Origin: an uncultured bacterium
Lineage (GTDB): Bacteria > Bdellovibrionota > Bacteriovoracia > Bacteriovoracales > CAZZBM01
NCBI GenBank assembly: GCA_964652255.1
Contig: CAZZBM010000001.1
Span: 312,920-376,919 of the forward strand
DNA: 64,000 nucleotides
Direction: 5' to 3'
Numbering within the stretch: the first letter of the stretch is position 1; every line of letters starts with the position of its first letter. The position numbers and the translations under genes were made by a program. Shown piece after piece: positions 28,217 through 37,405 of this stretch. The notes under the pieces are model-generated. The model ran no database searches. It worked only from the letters and a program-made list of their open reading frames with translations, and had not been told where the DNA came from.

Positions 28217-29817
28217 CCTATCATAAAGTCTTCTTCTGGGTAAAAGATTCTCTCTGTTTTTTCTTTTTTAGTCCTTAAAGCAAATAGAAAAGTAAGTGGT
28301 CCTATTTTACCAATAATCATTAAAATGCCAAGAATCATCTTTGATAAAGGTTGCAATGTGGGCAAAATTCCTAATGAAAATCCTGTTGTAGAGAAGGAAG
28401 CCATGGTTTCAAAGAAGAGTGGAAAAAAATTTTGATGAGGTTCTAAATAAAGAAGAAATAAGAACGCTATGATAAAGAGACTTAAAGCTAAAAAAAATAA
28501 AGTCACTGCTTTTAAAATAAGATTGAAGGATAATCCTCTTTGAAAAAGATGCATCTTTTTTTCTTCATTTAAAAGACTTTTAAGGGCTTGGAAAAGAACC
28601 ACAATAGTAGAAACTTTTACACCACCAGAAGTAGATCCTGAGTTTCCTCCAATAAACATAAGAATAAGAAAAAGATAAAGAGTGACAGGTTGCAAACTAT
28701 TAAGTTCATCAAAAGTAAAGCCAGAAGTACGAGAACTCATACTGTAAATTAAAGAAGAGAAGAGATGGTTCACAAAGCCATCTCTTCTCCCTTCCTGAAA
28801 CCATTCAAAAAAGAAAATTAAAAAAGTAGAAGTAACTAGAATCACAAAGGATCCCGTAAAGGCTACTTTTGACTGTAAGGATAAAAATGGAATTTTCTTT
28901 CTAAGATAAAGATAAGATTCTCTTAAAACAAAAAAACCCAAACTACCCAATAACATTAGAAAAAAAAGACTCATTTGAAAAAAGGTATGATCACTGCTGG
29001 TAATTTTTAACCCAGATTGACAAAAAGCTGTTACACTATGAAAAAGACCTTGAAAAAAAGCCTTTTTGAGATGCATCTGTTCAATAAAATAAAAATAAGA
29101 GGTTAGAATTATTCCTCCTATAAATTCAAAAATCAGAGTATAGATAAAGATACTCTTTAAAAGATCTCTTAGAGAAGAGCCCTTAATATTAAGAACTTCT
29201 CCTACAAAAATTTTTTCTTTTAAGCCCATTTTCTCACCTAAAAAAACAATAGCCACAGAAGAAAGAGTCATAATTCCAAGTCCACCTAGTTGAACAAAGA
29301 ATAGGACAAAATAAAGTCCTTGGTCTGTAAAAATTTCTGTAAGATTTCCTGGAAGCATACAGGTCACCGTCACTAAACTCACGGCAATATAGATTTGATC
29401 AATAAAGGGTAAAGAAATTTTAGTGAAAACATCAAATTGAAGAAAAAGAAAGCAAAAGAGAATAAGAAGAAGATAGCTTAATAAAAAAATCTGAGGAGCT
29501 GTAAAAGAGGTTTTTTTAAAAAAATAGTGATAAAGGAAGATAAGAGCCTTGCCTAATCCCCCCACATAAAGAAATGATTTATAGAAAACATAGCAAAAAG
29601 CTAACCACTGAAAAATTTCAAATTCCAGAGGATAGATAAAAAGAAGAAAAAAAAAGAAAGAATCTAAAGGAATTTTCCTTTTTTCTATGATTTTTAAAAC
29701 TAAAGAGAAGGTTAAAGAAAGAAGAAAGAGAATTTGCCATAAAGTTATGGGTTGAAAAAAGGAGAGAAGAAGAATAAGAATAGAGAACAGAAAGGGTAAT
29801 TGGTAAAAAACTTTCAT
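28213..29817 (-). CDS. trkH: Trk/Ktr potassium uptake system, membrane subunit (TrkH/KtrB family)
   Basis: Multi-pass protein with filter-like glycine motifs (QLGGLGIMTLSS; GGNSGSTSGGVKVSTI). Confidence 0.85.
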   Translation of the reverse strand: MKVFYQLPFLFSILILLLSFFQPITLWQILFLLSLTFSLVLKIIEKRKIPLDSFFFFLLFIYPLEFEIFQWLAFCYVFYKSFLYVGGLGKALIFLYHYFFKKTSFTAPQIFLLSYLLLILFCFLFLQFDVFTKISLPFIDQIYIAVSLVTVTCMLPGNLTEIFTDQGLYFVLFFVQLGGLGIMTLSSVAIVFLGEKMGLKEKIFVGEVLNIKGSSLRDLLKSIFIYTLIFEFIGGIILTSYFYFIEQMHLKKAFFQGLFHSVTAFCQSGLKITSSDHTFFQMSLFFLMLLGSLGFFVLRESYLYLRKKIPFLSLQSKVAFTGSFVILVTSTFLIFFFEWFQEGRRDGFVNHLFSSLIYSMSSRTSGFTFDELNSLQPVTLYLFLILMFIGGNSGSTSGGVKVSTIVVLFQALKSLLNEEKKMHLFQRGLSFNLILKAVTLFFLALSLFIIAFLFLLYLEPHQNFFPLFFETMASFSTTGFSLGILPTLQPLSKMILGILMIIGKIGPLTFLFALRTKKEKTERIFYPEEDFMIG

Positions 29818-29868
29818 AAAAGAATTTTCTTTTTATCTTATCCTAATTAAAAAACAAAAGGCAAAAAA

Positions 29869-30576
29869 ATGACATTAGGTGAATTTTTACAAGAAAAAAG
29901 ACACAACCTAGGTTTATCTTTTGAAGAAATTTATAAAAAAACAAGGCTTCATCCAGATGTTTTAAAAAAATTAGAAGAAGATAGATTAAGGGCTTCTTCT
30001 CTTCATTTTAAATATTTAGTTCAAGCTTACAGTCATATTTTAAATATTTCTGACGAAGAATTAAAAGATTATCTTTCTCCACCTCCTGCAGAAGAAACCA
30101 AAATGTTTTTTTCTTGGTCTTCTTTTTTTAAAAAATTTTTTCTTGTCTTTATACCTCTCTTTTCAGCCTTTCTTCTTAATTACTTTTTAAACAATCAAGA
30201 AGAAGAAGTGGTAGAATCTCAAGTGAAAGATTTAATTTATTTGCCACACAAAGAGATATTTCTTCATTCTATTCCAAAGGTAAGAATTACCTCTCAACAA
30301 TACCCTACCTATTTAACTTACCAAGTTGATCAAGGAGAAGTGAATTCTCACTTTCTTCTTCCTTATAGTTTTTTTGAGTTAGAAGGAAGTTTAATTCTTC
30401 TTGTTATTGGTGATAATAGAGAAGTTGAACTACAATACAAAAATGAAAATTATCCTTTAGATGAGAGAAGAACTCAATCATTGGTTTTTCCTCCAGAAAG
30501 AAGAAAAGAATTTAAACTGCCTTTGTTTTTTTACACAGCAGAAAAGGAGCCAGAAAATGAAAAAAATAATTTTTGA
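29869..30576 (+). CDS. RodZ-like helix-turn-helix membrane protein
   Basis: N-terminal XRE-type HTH (LGEFLQEKRHNLGLSFEEIYKKTRLHPDVLKKLEED), one TM helix (FLVFIPLFSAFLLNYFL) and a C-terminal beta-rich domain. This is the architecture of RodZ. Confidence 0.6.
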   Translation: MTLGEFLQEKRHNLGLSFEEIYKKTRLHPDVLKKLEEDRLRASSLHFKYLVQAYSHILNISDEELKDYLSPPPAEETKMFFSWSSFFKKFFLVFIPLFSAFLLNYFLNNQEEEVVESQVKDLIYLPHKEIFLHSIPKVRITSQQYPTYLTYQVDQGEVNSHFLLPYSFFELEGSLILLVIGDNREVELQYKNENYPLDERRTQSLVFPPERRKEFKLPLFFYTAEKEPENEKNNF

Positions 30577-31939
30577 AGAAAAAGCTACAGGAGACGTTCT
30601 CGTTTATGGTGTCATAAACAATGAATTTCCAAGTTTTATTTCAGATGAAAACTTGCCTTTAAAAAAATATTTTAAATCTCAATCCCTAGAAATGTTATGG
30701 GGTCAAATTCATCATCAAAGTTATCTTTTTATTGCTTTTGACAATAATAATGAATCTATTCGTCAAGCAGTTGCTAAAGCTTTTAAAGAATTAAAAAAGA
30801 AAAAAGTAAAAAAAATTGTCTTTGATGCAATCTCATTTAAGAACCAATCAAAAATCATTGCTGAATCTTGCTATTTAGCTTCTTATGATTTTACAACTTA
30901 TAAAAAGGAATCTCTAGATAACCCTCAAGTTGTGATTCAAGGAAAATCTCTAGATTTAACTTCTGTAGAGATAATCACTTCTTGCGTCAATGAAGCAAGA
31001 GGATATGGAGATGAAGCTCCTAATGTTTTAAATAGTGAAACTTACAGTGAAATGCTTAAAAAAAGCCTAGAATCACTTCCTATCAAAGTAAAAATTTTAA
31101 CAAGAAAAGAAATTGAACAAGAAAATATGCATCTTTTCTTAGCAGTCAACAAAGCTTCTAGTTATGAACCAAGATTTTTACATGCTGTTTATGAACCTGA
31201 GCAATATAAAAAACATATTGCCTTGGTAGGAAAAGGATTAACTTTTGACACAGGAGGTTATTCTTTAAAACCAGGAAACGCCATGATGACCATGAAATTT
31301 GACATGTGTGGCTCTGCTACAGTTTTTTCTGCTTTTAAGGCTGCGGTACAATTAAAATCTCAAGTGAAACTATCTTTATTTATTCCCATGACAGATAATA
31401 CGGTTTCAGGAACAGGAATCACTCCTGATAGCATTGTGAAATCTCGCAGTGGTCAAACTGTTGAAATTTTAAATACCGATGCTGAAGGGCGACTAATCTT
31501 AGCCGATGCTCTTGATTTTGCCTGTGATCAACATCCTGATATTATTATTGATGCAGCTACTCTTACAGGAGCTGTTATTGTGGCTTTAGGAGATCAAGTC
31601 ACAGGTGTAATGACAAATAATCAAGATCTTGTGGAATCTTTTTTAAAAGTAGCTAAAGAGCAAGATGAGTATGTTTGGCAACTACCTTTAGTAAAGGAAC
31701 ATTATGATGATATGAAATCGCCTAATGCTGATTTAAAAAATATTGGATCAGCTGGAAAAGGTGGAACTGTAACCGCTGGAGCTTTCCTAGGATATTTTAT
31801 TAAAAATAATATTCCTTGGCTTCATTTTGATATAGCAGGAACTGCTTCAGAGCAAAAACATCTTCATTATTGTACCTCTCATGGAGCTTCAGGTCTTCTC
31901 ATTAGATCTTTAATTTCTTTTATTCAAAAACATACTTAA
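30557..31939 (+). CDS. pepA: Leucyl aminopeptidase (peptidase M17)
   Basis: Motifs VGKGLTFDTGGYSLKP and NTDAEGRLILADAL. AAGGAG lies 7 nt upstream of the ATG at 30557. The track start at 30461 adds an implausible extension that overlaps the previous gene. Confidence 0.92.
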   Translation: MKKIIFEEKATGDVLVYGVINNEFPSFISDENLPLKKYFKSQSLEMLWGQIHHQSYLFIAFDNNNESIRQAVAKAFKELKKKKVKKIVFDAISFKNQSKIIAESCYLASYDFTTYKKESLDNPQVVIQGKSLDLTSVEIITSCVNEARGYGDEAPNVLNSETYSEMLKKSLESLPIKVKILTRKEIEQENMHLFLAVNKASSYEPRFLHAVYEPEQYKKHIALVGKGLTFDTGGYSLKPGNAMMTMKFDMCGSATVFSAFKAAVQLKSQVKLSLFIPMTDNTVSGTGITPDSIVKSRSGQTVEILNTDAEGRLILADALDFACDQHPDIIIDAATLTGAVIVALGDQVTGVMTNNQDLVESFLKVAKEQDEYVWQLPLVKEHYDDMKSPNADLKNIGSAGKGGTVTAGAFLGYFIKNNIPWLHFDIAGTASEQKHLHYCTSHGASGLLIRSLISFIQKHT

Positions 31940-31944
31940 CAAAT

Positions 31945-31979
31945 TCATGAAAGTAACGACTAAAACGTTGCTTTCATGA
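31945..31979 (+). terminator. 14-bp stem hairpin downstream of pepA (probable terminator or stabiliser)
   Basis: tcatgaaagtaacg-actaaaa-cgttgctttcatga (one G:U pair), starting 6 nt after the pepA stop. T-rich runs follow about 10-25 nt downstream rather than immediately. Confidence 0.45.
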
Positions 31980-32207
31980 GGTAAAAAATGCTTTTTATTT
32001 TTTTTTTATAAAAACAAACTCAAAAGATTTCATTCTAATCAACTTCTTTGAAACAACTTTCATTCTTGTTTTAATTTTTAATCAAGCAATGATAAAGATA
32101 TTTTTTTTAAATAAATTGAAAAAAGGTTCTTTACATTAAAAAAATAGCGTTTATATTAATAAAAGAGTGTATAAAAATTTCAATTAGTTAAAAAAGGAGT
32201 AATACCA

Positions 32208-32921
32208 ATGAGAAAATTCATAATTGTCGCTGTAGCAAGTCTTCTTTCACAGGAACTTTATGCTATGAATCACCAGTATATCGGCTTGCAAGGAAGTTCT
32301 GTTCGTTATGAAAGAAATATTTTAAAGAAAAGTGGTGATACTAATGAAAACTACGAAAACACAAGAAACACTTATGTAGATGTTATCTTCAATTACTGTT
32401 ATCACTTTAATAAAAGAATCGCTTTTCAATTAGATTTAGGTTTGGATGTTGATTACACAAGAAAGTTCGAAGGAGACGATCAAGTTGGAGGTAACCAAGC
32501 AACAGGATCAATTTCTATTGGACCTAATTTAGTGTTTAACCTAAGACCTGGAACAAGCTTTAATCCTTTTATTACAGTAGGTGGCGGCTTTATTAAGAAC
32601 ATTGATTTTAATGCCACTAATGAAAGTGGCTACACTGTAGCTAAAGAAACTTCAACAAGTGATACAGGAATTTTTTACCGTAGGAATGCTTATTCTCTTT
32701 TTGCTCAGTTAGGTCTTTCTTTCGAAGTACCGATGAGTTTTTTTAGAGCTAATAATGTAAGTTGGAAACCTGGCATTTTTGCTATTTATACAAGATTTAT
32801 GGGTGATAATTTGAAAGCAGCTGTGGCAGATAATAACGTAATTGCAACGACAGATACTTATACTACCTATCATGGATTAACATTAAAGGTTTTTTTACTT
32901 GCTTTTACGTTGGGCTTTTGA
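32208..32921 (+). CDS. Outer-membrane beta-barrel protein (OMP_b-brl/OmpW-like size), paralogue 1
   Basis: RBS aaggag. Signal peptide MRKFIIVAVASLLSQELYA. Alternating beta-strand pattern and a C-terminal aromatic residue (..TLGF). Shares QYIG, IGPN and ANNVSWKP motifs with the next ORF. Confidence 0.65.
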   Translation: MRKFIIVAVASLLSQELYAMNHQYIGLQGSSVRYERNILKKSGDTNENYENTRNTYVDVIFNYCYHFNKRIAFQLDLGLDVDYTRKFEGDDQVGGNQATGSISIGPNLVFNLRPGTSFNPFITVGGGFIKNIDFNATNESGYTVAKETSTSDTGIFYRRNAYSLFAQLGLSFEVPMSFFRANNVSWKPGIFAIYTRFMGDNLKAAVADNNVIATTDTYTTYHGLTLKVFLLAFTLGF

Positions 32922-32977
32922 TAGACAGGAATAAAATTTTAAAAAAAATTTAGATATATAAAAATAAGGAGTACAAA

Positions 32978-33643
32978 ATGAAAAAAACAATGACAATTTT
33001 AATGGCTTTAGTATCAAGCCAAGCTTATGCAGCAAATCAATACATTGGAATGGGTATTGGTCAATTCGATATGACCTGGAATAGATTAACAACCAAAAAT
33101 AATGATAATGATCATGCAAGAAATAATACTACAAACATTGCATTATTAGGAGAATATGGCTATGTTGTTCATCCTTATATTTCAGTAGGAATTGATCTTA
33201 ACATTGCTTATACCTCTGTATCAAAGTATCCAAAAAAAGATGGTGATCCATCCTTGATAAAAAATACTTTTAATTTAAAAATTGGACCAAATGCAAATAT
33301 CTACTTTATGGGAACAGCTCAAGAAGGTCCTTTAGCTCTTATTGGAGTTGGAGTAGATTATAATCGTTATAGCACTGCTATTGAAAGCACAACAACAAAA
33401 GTTGTATATCCTGAATCAAATATAGGGATTTATGCTAATCTAGGATTAGGTTACAACTTACCATTAGCTGTTTTAAATGCTAATAACGTCACTTGGAGTC
33501 CAGCTGTTTCTTTTGTTTACACTTATAGATCTTTTGGCGATGGCTTAAAAAGTGGTGAAGAAACTACTGGAACTGAAACTTATTCAAGCAACTGGGGTTG
33601 GGGAATTAATTTAAAACTAATCAACTTTAAACTATTTTTCTAA
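32978..33643 (+). CDS. Outer-membrane beta-barrel protein, paralogue 2
   Basis: RBS aaggag. Signal peptide MKKTMTILMALVSSQAYA. C-terminal ..KLFF. Shares QYIG, IGPN and ANNVTWSP motifs with ORF 32208..32921. Confidence 0.65.
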   Translation: MKKTMTILMALVSSQAYAANQYIGMGIGQFDMTWNRLTTKNNDNDHARNNTTNIALLGEYGYVVHPYISVGIDLNIAYTSVSKYPKKDGDPSLIKNTFNLKIGPNANIYFMGTAQEGPLALIGVGVDYNRYSTAIESTTTKVVYPESNIGIYANLGLGYNLPLAVLNANNVTWSPAVSFVYTYRSFGDGLKSGEETTGTETYSSNWGWGINLKLINFKLFF

Positions 33644-33673
33644 TCAATAAAATTTTATTTACTTCACAAAAAA

Positions 33674-33696
33674 CCCCTCTTTTGAGGGGTTTTTTT
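33674..33696. terminator. Rho-independent terminator (bidirectional context)
   Basis: cccctc-tttt-gagggg followed by T7 on the plus strand and preceded by an A-run. It lies between convergent genes ending at 33643 and 33758. Confidence 0.8.
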
Positions 33697-33757
33697 ATGC
33701 CCAATATTTTCATCTAAAAATTAATTAAAAATATTTAAAAATTTAAACTTAACAAAA

Positions 33758-34465
33758 TCAAGTCCAGGGAGGTTTATAAGGATCTAGTGCTTTTAAAAAG
33801 AAGTCCTTCTCTTCATGTTCTAAGTACAATCCTTCCAGGCTTACTTTAAAAGATTGCTTGATCAAGAGTTGTTTTAACTCTTTCAAGGTCTTTAAAATAG
33901 TCTTTTCATGGTAATCTTCAATAAGAGTTAAAAACCAGCCTTCTTTAAGATTTCCAAGAAAGAAGTGATCTTTTTTTAATAGTAAATCTTGCTCAAAATC
34001 TCCTTGAACTTTTAATAATAAAAAATGTTTCTGAAGATTTTTTTTTAATAAATCTGTATAGAAAAATTGAGTTTGAAAATTTTGCTCCTGAAACTGACAA
34101 AAATAACCTTGTTTATTTTGTTCATAAGAGACAAGCTCATCAAAGATCACTCTTTTATCTTGCAATTGAAAAATTTCTTTATAAAGAAATTTTTTAAAAG
34201 GATGTTCAAAAAAATCTACTCTTTTATGTTCTAAAATAAAAATTGGATCTATAAACCGAGCCCCTTCTTTTTTCTTAGAAAAAAAAAGAGGAAGTCCTAC
34301 ATAATTATTTGGAAAATTAATTCTTGGAGCTATAATCAAAGCTTCTTTAGGTGCATGATAATAATATTCTAAAGAATGAGTATAGATAAGACACTGTTCA
34401 GTGAGAGTCTTTTTTTTTTGTGCTTTTTTAAAAGTTTTTAAATCTTTATAATCACCTAATAACAA
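33758..34465 (-). CDS. Hypothetical protein
   Basis: 235-aa ORF. Its start overlaps the 3' end of the mltD-like gene by 14 nt. No motif recognised. Confidence 0.5.
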   Translation of the reverse strand: MLLGDYKDLKTFKKAQKKKTLTEQCLIYTHSLEYYYHAPKEALIIAPRINFPNNYVGLPLFFSKKKEGARFIDPIFILEHKRVDFFEHPFKKFLYKEIFQLQDKRVIFDELVSYEQNKQGYFCQFQEQNFQTQFFYTDLLKKNLQKHFLLLKVQGDFEQDLLLKKDHFFLGNLKEGWFLTLIEDYHEKTILKTLKELKQLLIKQSFKVSLEGLYLEHEEKDFFLKALDPYKPPWT

Positions 34466-35891
34466 GTTTATCTCCAGGCTTAAGATGTTTTATAGCAAAA
34501 GAGTTATTTTTTAGTAAGGTGTAAAAAGAAACTTCCTTCTTTTTAGCCACAGTCCAAAGAGTATCTCCTTTTTTGACTGTATAGTATTCTTTAGGTCTAG
34601 TGATCAGTTTTCCTCTTTGTTGAGCTGTTGCTAAAATAGCTTGTTGTTTTCCTCTAGATTTTTTAACATAGACTGGTTCATAAAGATCAGCATAAAAAAC
34701 TTCTTTTAAGTGATGTTCTTTTTTAAAAGGTAGTTGAATGACTGGACCAAGCTTAGGATTCATTTCCTTGAGAATCTCTTCAGATAAACGATAGATTTTT
34801 GCCACTGATTTAAGAGTTTCACCTTGTTTTAAACGATATTCTTTAAAATCAGTAGCTACAACTAAAGATTGATAACTTTCTTGCCAAGGATGTTTTGTAA
34901 TCATAGGAATTTTTAAAGAATAGCTTTTATCTGGTGGTGTCATCCATCTTAAGAGTTCAGGATTAAGATAATGTAAAAGATCAAAAGATATTCCTAATTT
35001 TTCTGCCACAAGATCTAAGTCTGTTCTTGGTAAAACTTCGATTGTATTATAGGTTAAGGGTCGATGTGGTTGGTGATCTTCTTTTAAGTCAAAATTATTT
35101 AAATTTTTTCCAAGAATAGCTAAAGCCATAATTTTAGGAACATAATCACGAGTTTCACGAGGAAGAAATTTTCTAATACTCCAAAAATCTTTTTGTTTAC
35201 TTTTTTTAAGAACTCTTGAAACTCTTCCTTCTCCTACATTATAAGCAGCTAAGGCTAATTCCCAAGAATGAAAAAGATGAAAAAGATCTTTTAAATATCT
35301 TGTTGCTGCATAAGTAGCTTTTACCGGATCTCTTCTTTCATCAACATACCAATTAATCTTAAGTCCATATTTTTTCCCTGTAAAAGGCATAAATTGCCAA
35401 GGTCCTATAGCTCTTGCCCAAGACTTTGCCTTTGTCTGAAATCCAGACTCAGCCATAGCCATATAAATGAGATCTTTAGGTAAACCTTCTTGATCTAAAA
35501 TTTCACTCATAAGAGGAGCATACCTTCCTGCTCTTTTAGAGTAATTAAGAAAAAAATTTCTTCCCTGTGTTAAAAAATAATGAACCCATTTATCTACTTC
35601 TTCTCTATCTTCTACAGGAATATCAAAATGAATATTGGTAAGTTTTATATTATTATAGCTTTTTAAAATATAAATATCTTTTAAATGGTGCTCTTTTTCT
35701 AAAAAGGACCCTTGTAAAAAATCTGCATCAGGAATAAAATCTGATTGATCTGTAAGTTCTGGATGATTTAAAAGAGTATCAATAGTGAGGTAATCCTCAT
35801 CTTCTAAGATAATAGGACTATTGATTTCAGTTGTTTTTTTTTGAGGAGAAAAAGTTTGACAAGAAAAAAATAATATTAATAAAAAGCGCAT
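34452..35891 (-). CDS. Lytic murein transglycosylase with LysM domains (MltD-like lipoprotein)
   Basis: SLT catalytic region (YMAMAESGFQTKAKSWARAIGPWQFMPFTGKKYGL) and two LysM repeats (YRLKQGETLKSVAKIY; YTVKKGDTLWTVAKK). Lipobox-like LFFSC. Confidence 0.88.
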   Translation of the reverse strand: MRFLLILFFSCQTFSPQKKTTEINSPIILEDEDYLTIDTLLNHPELTDQSDFIPDADFLQGSFLEKEHHLKDIYILKSYNNIKLTNIHFDIPVEDREEVDKWVHYFLTQGRNFFLNYSKRAGRYAPLMSEILDQEGLPKDLIYMAMAESGFQTKAKSWARAIGPWQFMPFTGKKYGLKINWYVDERRDPVKATYAATRYLKDLFHLFHSWELALAAYNVGEGRVSRVLKKSKQKDFWSIRKFLPRETRDYVPKIMALAILGKNLNNFDLKEDHQPHRPLTYNTIEVLPRTDLDLVAEKLGISFDLLHYLNPELLRWMTPPDKSYSLKIPMITKHPWQESYQSLVVATDFKEYRLKQGETLKSVAKIYRLSEEILKEMNPKLGPVIQLPFKKEHHLKEVFYADLYEPVYVKKSRGKQQAILATAQQRGKLITRPKEYYTVKKGDTLWTVAKKKEVSFYTLLKNNSFAIKHLKPGDKLVIR

Positions 35892-35915
35892 AAAATTATT
35901 ATATCGCTTTTAAAA

Positions 35916-36737
35916 TTATTTCCAAAAAAGATAATTTTTTTTCTGCTTAGAAGCCAAAAAGTACACAAGATAAGCTATTGGAATCATCAATAGGCACAAA
36001 AATTGCCCCATAGTGAGCGGTCCAACAAAAGAATTTGGTTGTCTGAAAAATTCAATAAAAAATCTAAAAATTCCATAGCCAAAGAGAAAGATAGCTGAGA
36101 GATAACCTGGTTTTTTTATTTTAAAAACAAAATATCTTAAAATAGCAAAAAGAATAAGTCCTTCAAAAACCCCTTCATAGAGTTGAGAAGGGTGTCTTAA
36201 TCCTTCTACTCCTTCAAAGTAAAAACCTAAAAAGCTTGTTGTTTTTCTTCCATAGAGTTCTGAATTAATAAAATTACCTAAACGTCCCAAAAAAAGACCA
36301 GGAGTGGCAATAAAAACAATATTATCTCCTAACTGGAAGTAATTAAGTTTAAAACGACGAACAAAAAGAATCAAGGCAAGAGCAATTCCAATCACTCCCC
36401 CATGAAAACTAAGTCCTCTAAAGCCTTCCCAGAACCTAAAAATAGAGAGGGGATCTCTAAGTGTATTAGCTAAATCATAAACAAAAACATCAAATAATCT
36501 TGCTCCAAGAATCAAGCCTACAATTGAATAATTAAGAAGTGAATCAGCTTGTTTTTCTGTTAATGGTGAAGCTTTTTTCTTAATCAGATAGGAAAGTAAT
36601 TTTCGAGCAATAATAGCTGCAAAAATATACATTAAGCTATACCAACGAATTTCAAAAGTCCCTATAGTAAACAAAACTGGATTGATGCCATGTGGTCCCA
36701 TAAGAAAGACTATATTGACAAAAGAAAGAAAAGACAA
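35916..36737 (-). CDS. lgt: Prolipoprotein diacylglyceryl transferase
   Basis: Motifs IRWYSLMY, FHGGVIG, GRLGNFINSELYGR and HPSQLYE. The true start may be the internal Met (MGPHGINP). Confidence 0.92.
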   Translation of the reverse strand: MSFLSFVNIVFLMGPHGINPVLFTIGTFEIRWYSLMYIFAAIIARKLLSYLIKKKASPLTEKQADSLLNYSIVGLILGARLFDVFVYDLANTLRDPLSIFRFWEGFRGLSFHGGVIGIALALILFVRRFKLNYFQLGDNIVFIATPGLFLGRLGNFINSELYGRKTTSFLGFYFEGVEGLRHPSQLYEGVFEGLILFAILRYFVFKIKKPGYLSAIFLFGYGIFRFFIEFFRQPNSFVGPLTMGQFLCLLMIPIAYLVYFLASKQKKNYLFWK

Positions 36738-36769
36738 TAGTGTAAGGAGCTTAAAAAAGGGGTTAAATC

Positions 36770-37144
36770 ATGAAAGCAATCGTTGAAATTCAAGGGCATC
36801 AGTACAATATTCAAGCGGGAGATTTAATTGATGTAGAGCTTTTACAAGAAGAAGTTGGAAAGACTTTAATTTTAAAATCTGTTTTATCTCTTCAGCAAGA
36901 ACAAAAAGTTGAAATAGGTTTTCCAATGATCAAGGATGCTACAATAGAAGCTAAAGTTATTAAACATGATTTAGCGGAAAAACAAATTGTTTTAAGAAGA
37001 AAACCAGGAAAGTATATGAAAAAAAATGGTCACAGACAAAAGTATACTTCTCTTTTGATTACAAAAATTGCTTCTTCACAAGGAACTTCTGAAATTAAAA
37101 AAGATTCTGGACGTTACAAAAAATACTTAGATAAAAAGGATTAA
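36770..37144 (+). CDS. rplU: 50S ribosomal protein L21
   Basis: MKAIVEIQGHQYNIQAGDLIDVE is the bL21 signature. Followed by rpmA. Has a Lys-rich C-terminal extension. Confidence 0.93.
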   Translation: MKAIVEIQGHQYNIQAGDLIDVELLQEEVGKTLILKSVLSLQQEQKVEIGFPMIKDATIEAKVIKHDLAEKQIVLRRKPGKYMKKNGHRQKYTSLLITKIASSQGTSEIKKDSGRYKKYLDKKD

Positions 37145-37147
37145 ACT

Positions 37148-37402
37148 ATGGCACAAAAGAAATCTGGTGGTTCAACCCAAAACGGTCGTGATTCCAATCC
37201 TAAGATGAGAGGAATTAAGATTTACGGTGGTCAAGCTGTAAAAAAAGGACAAATCATTGTTCGTCAAAAAGGAACAAAGTTTCATGCAGGTTTAAATGTA
37301 GGCATGGGTCGTGACTTTACTCTTTTTGCTCTTAATGATGGAGTTGTTTCTTTTTCTCGTTATAATAAATTTCAAAAAAGAGTTTCTGTAGAACTTTCTT
37401 AA
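37148..37402 (+). CDS. rpmA: 50S ribosomal protein L27
   Basis: [33 protein letters not shown] is the bL27 signature. Confidence 0.96.
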   Translation: MAQKKSGGSTQNGRDSNPKMRGIKIYGGQAVKKGQIIVRQKGTKFHAGLNVGMGRDFTLFALNDGVVSFSRYNKFQKRVSVELS

Positions 37403-37405
37403 CAA

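Noticed and set aside
30461-30556. Upstream extension of pepA (MREELNHWFFLQKEEKNLNCLCFF...).
   Set aside because: It overlaps the RodZ-like gene in another frame. A consensus AAGGAG precedes the ATG at 30557, and the M17 N-terminus aligns from MKKIIFEEK.
32895-33119. 74-aa minus-strand ORF spanning the junction of the two OMP genes.
   Set aside because: It is antisense to both OMP genes and their RBS, and nothing supports it.
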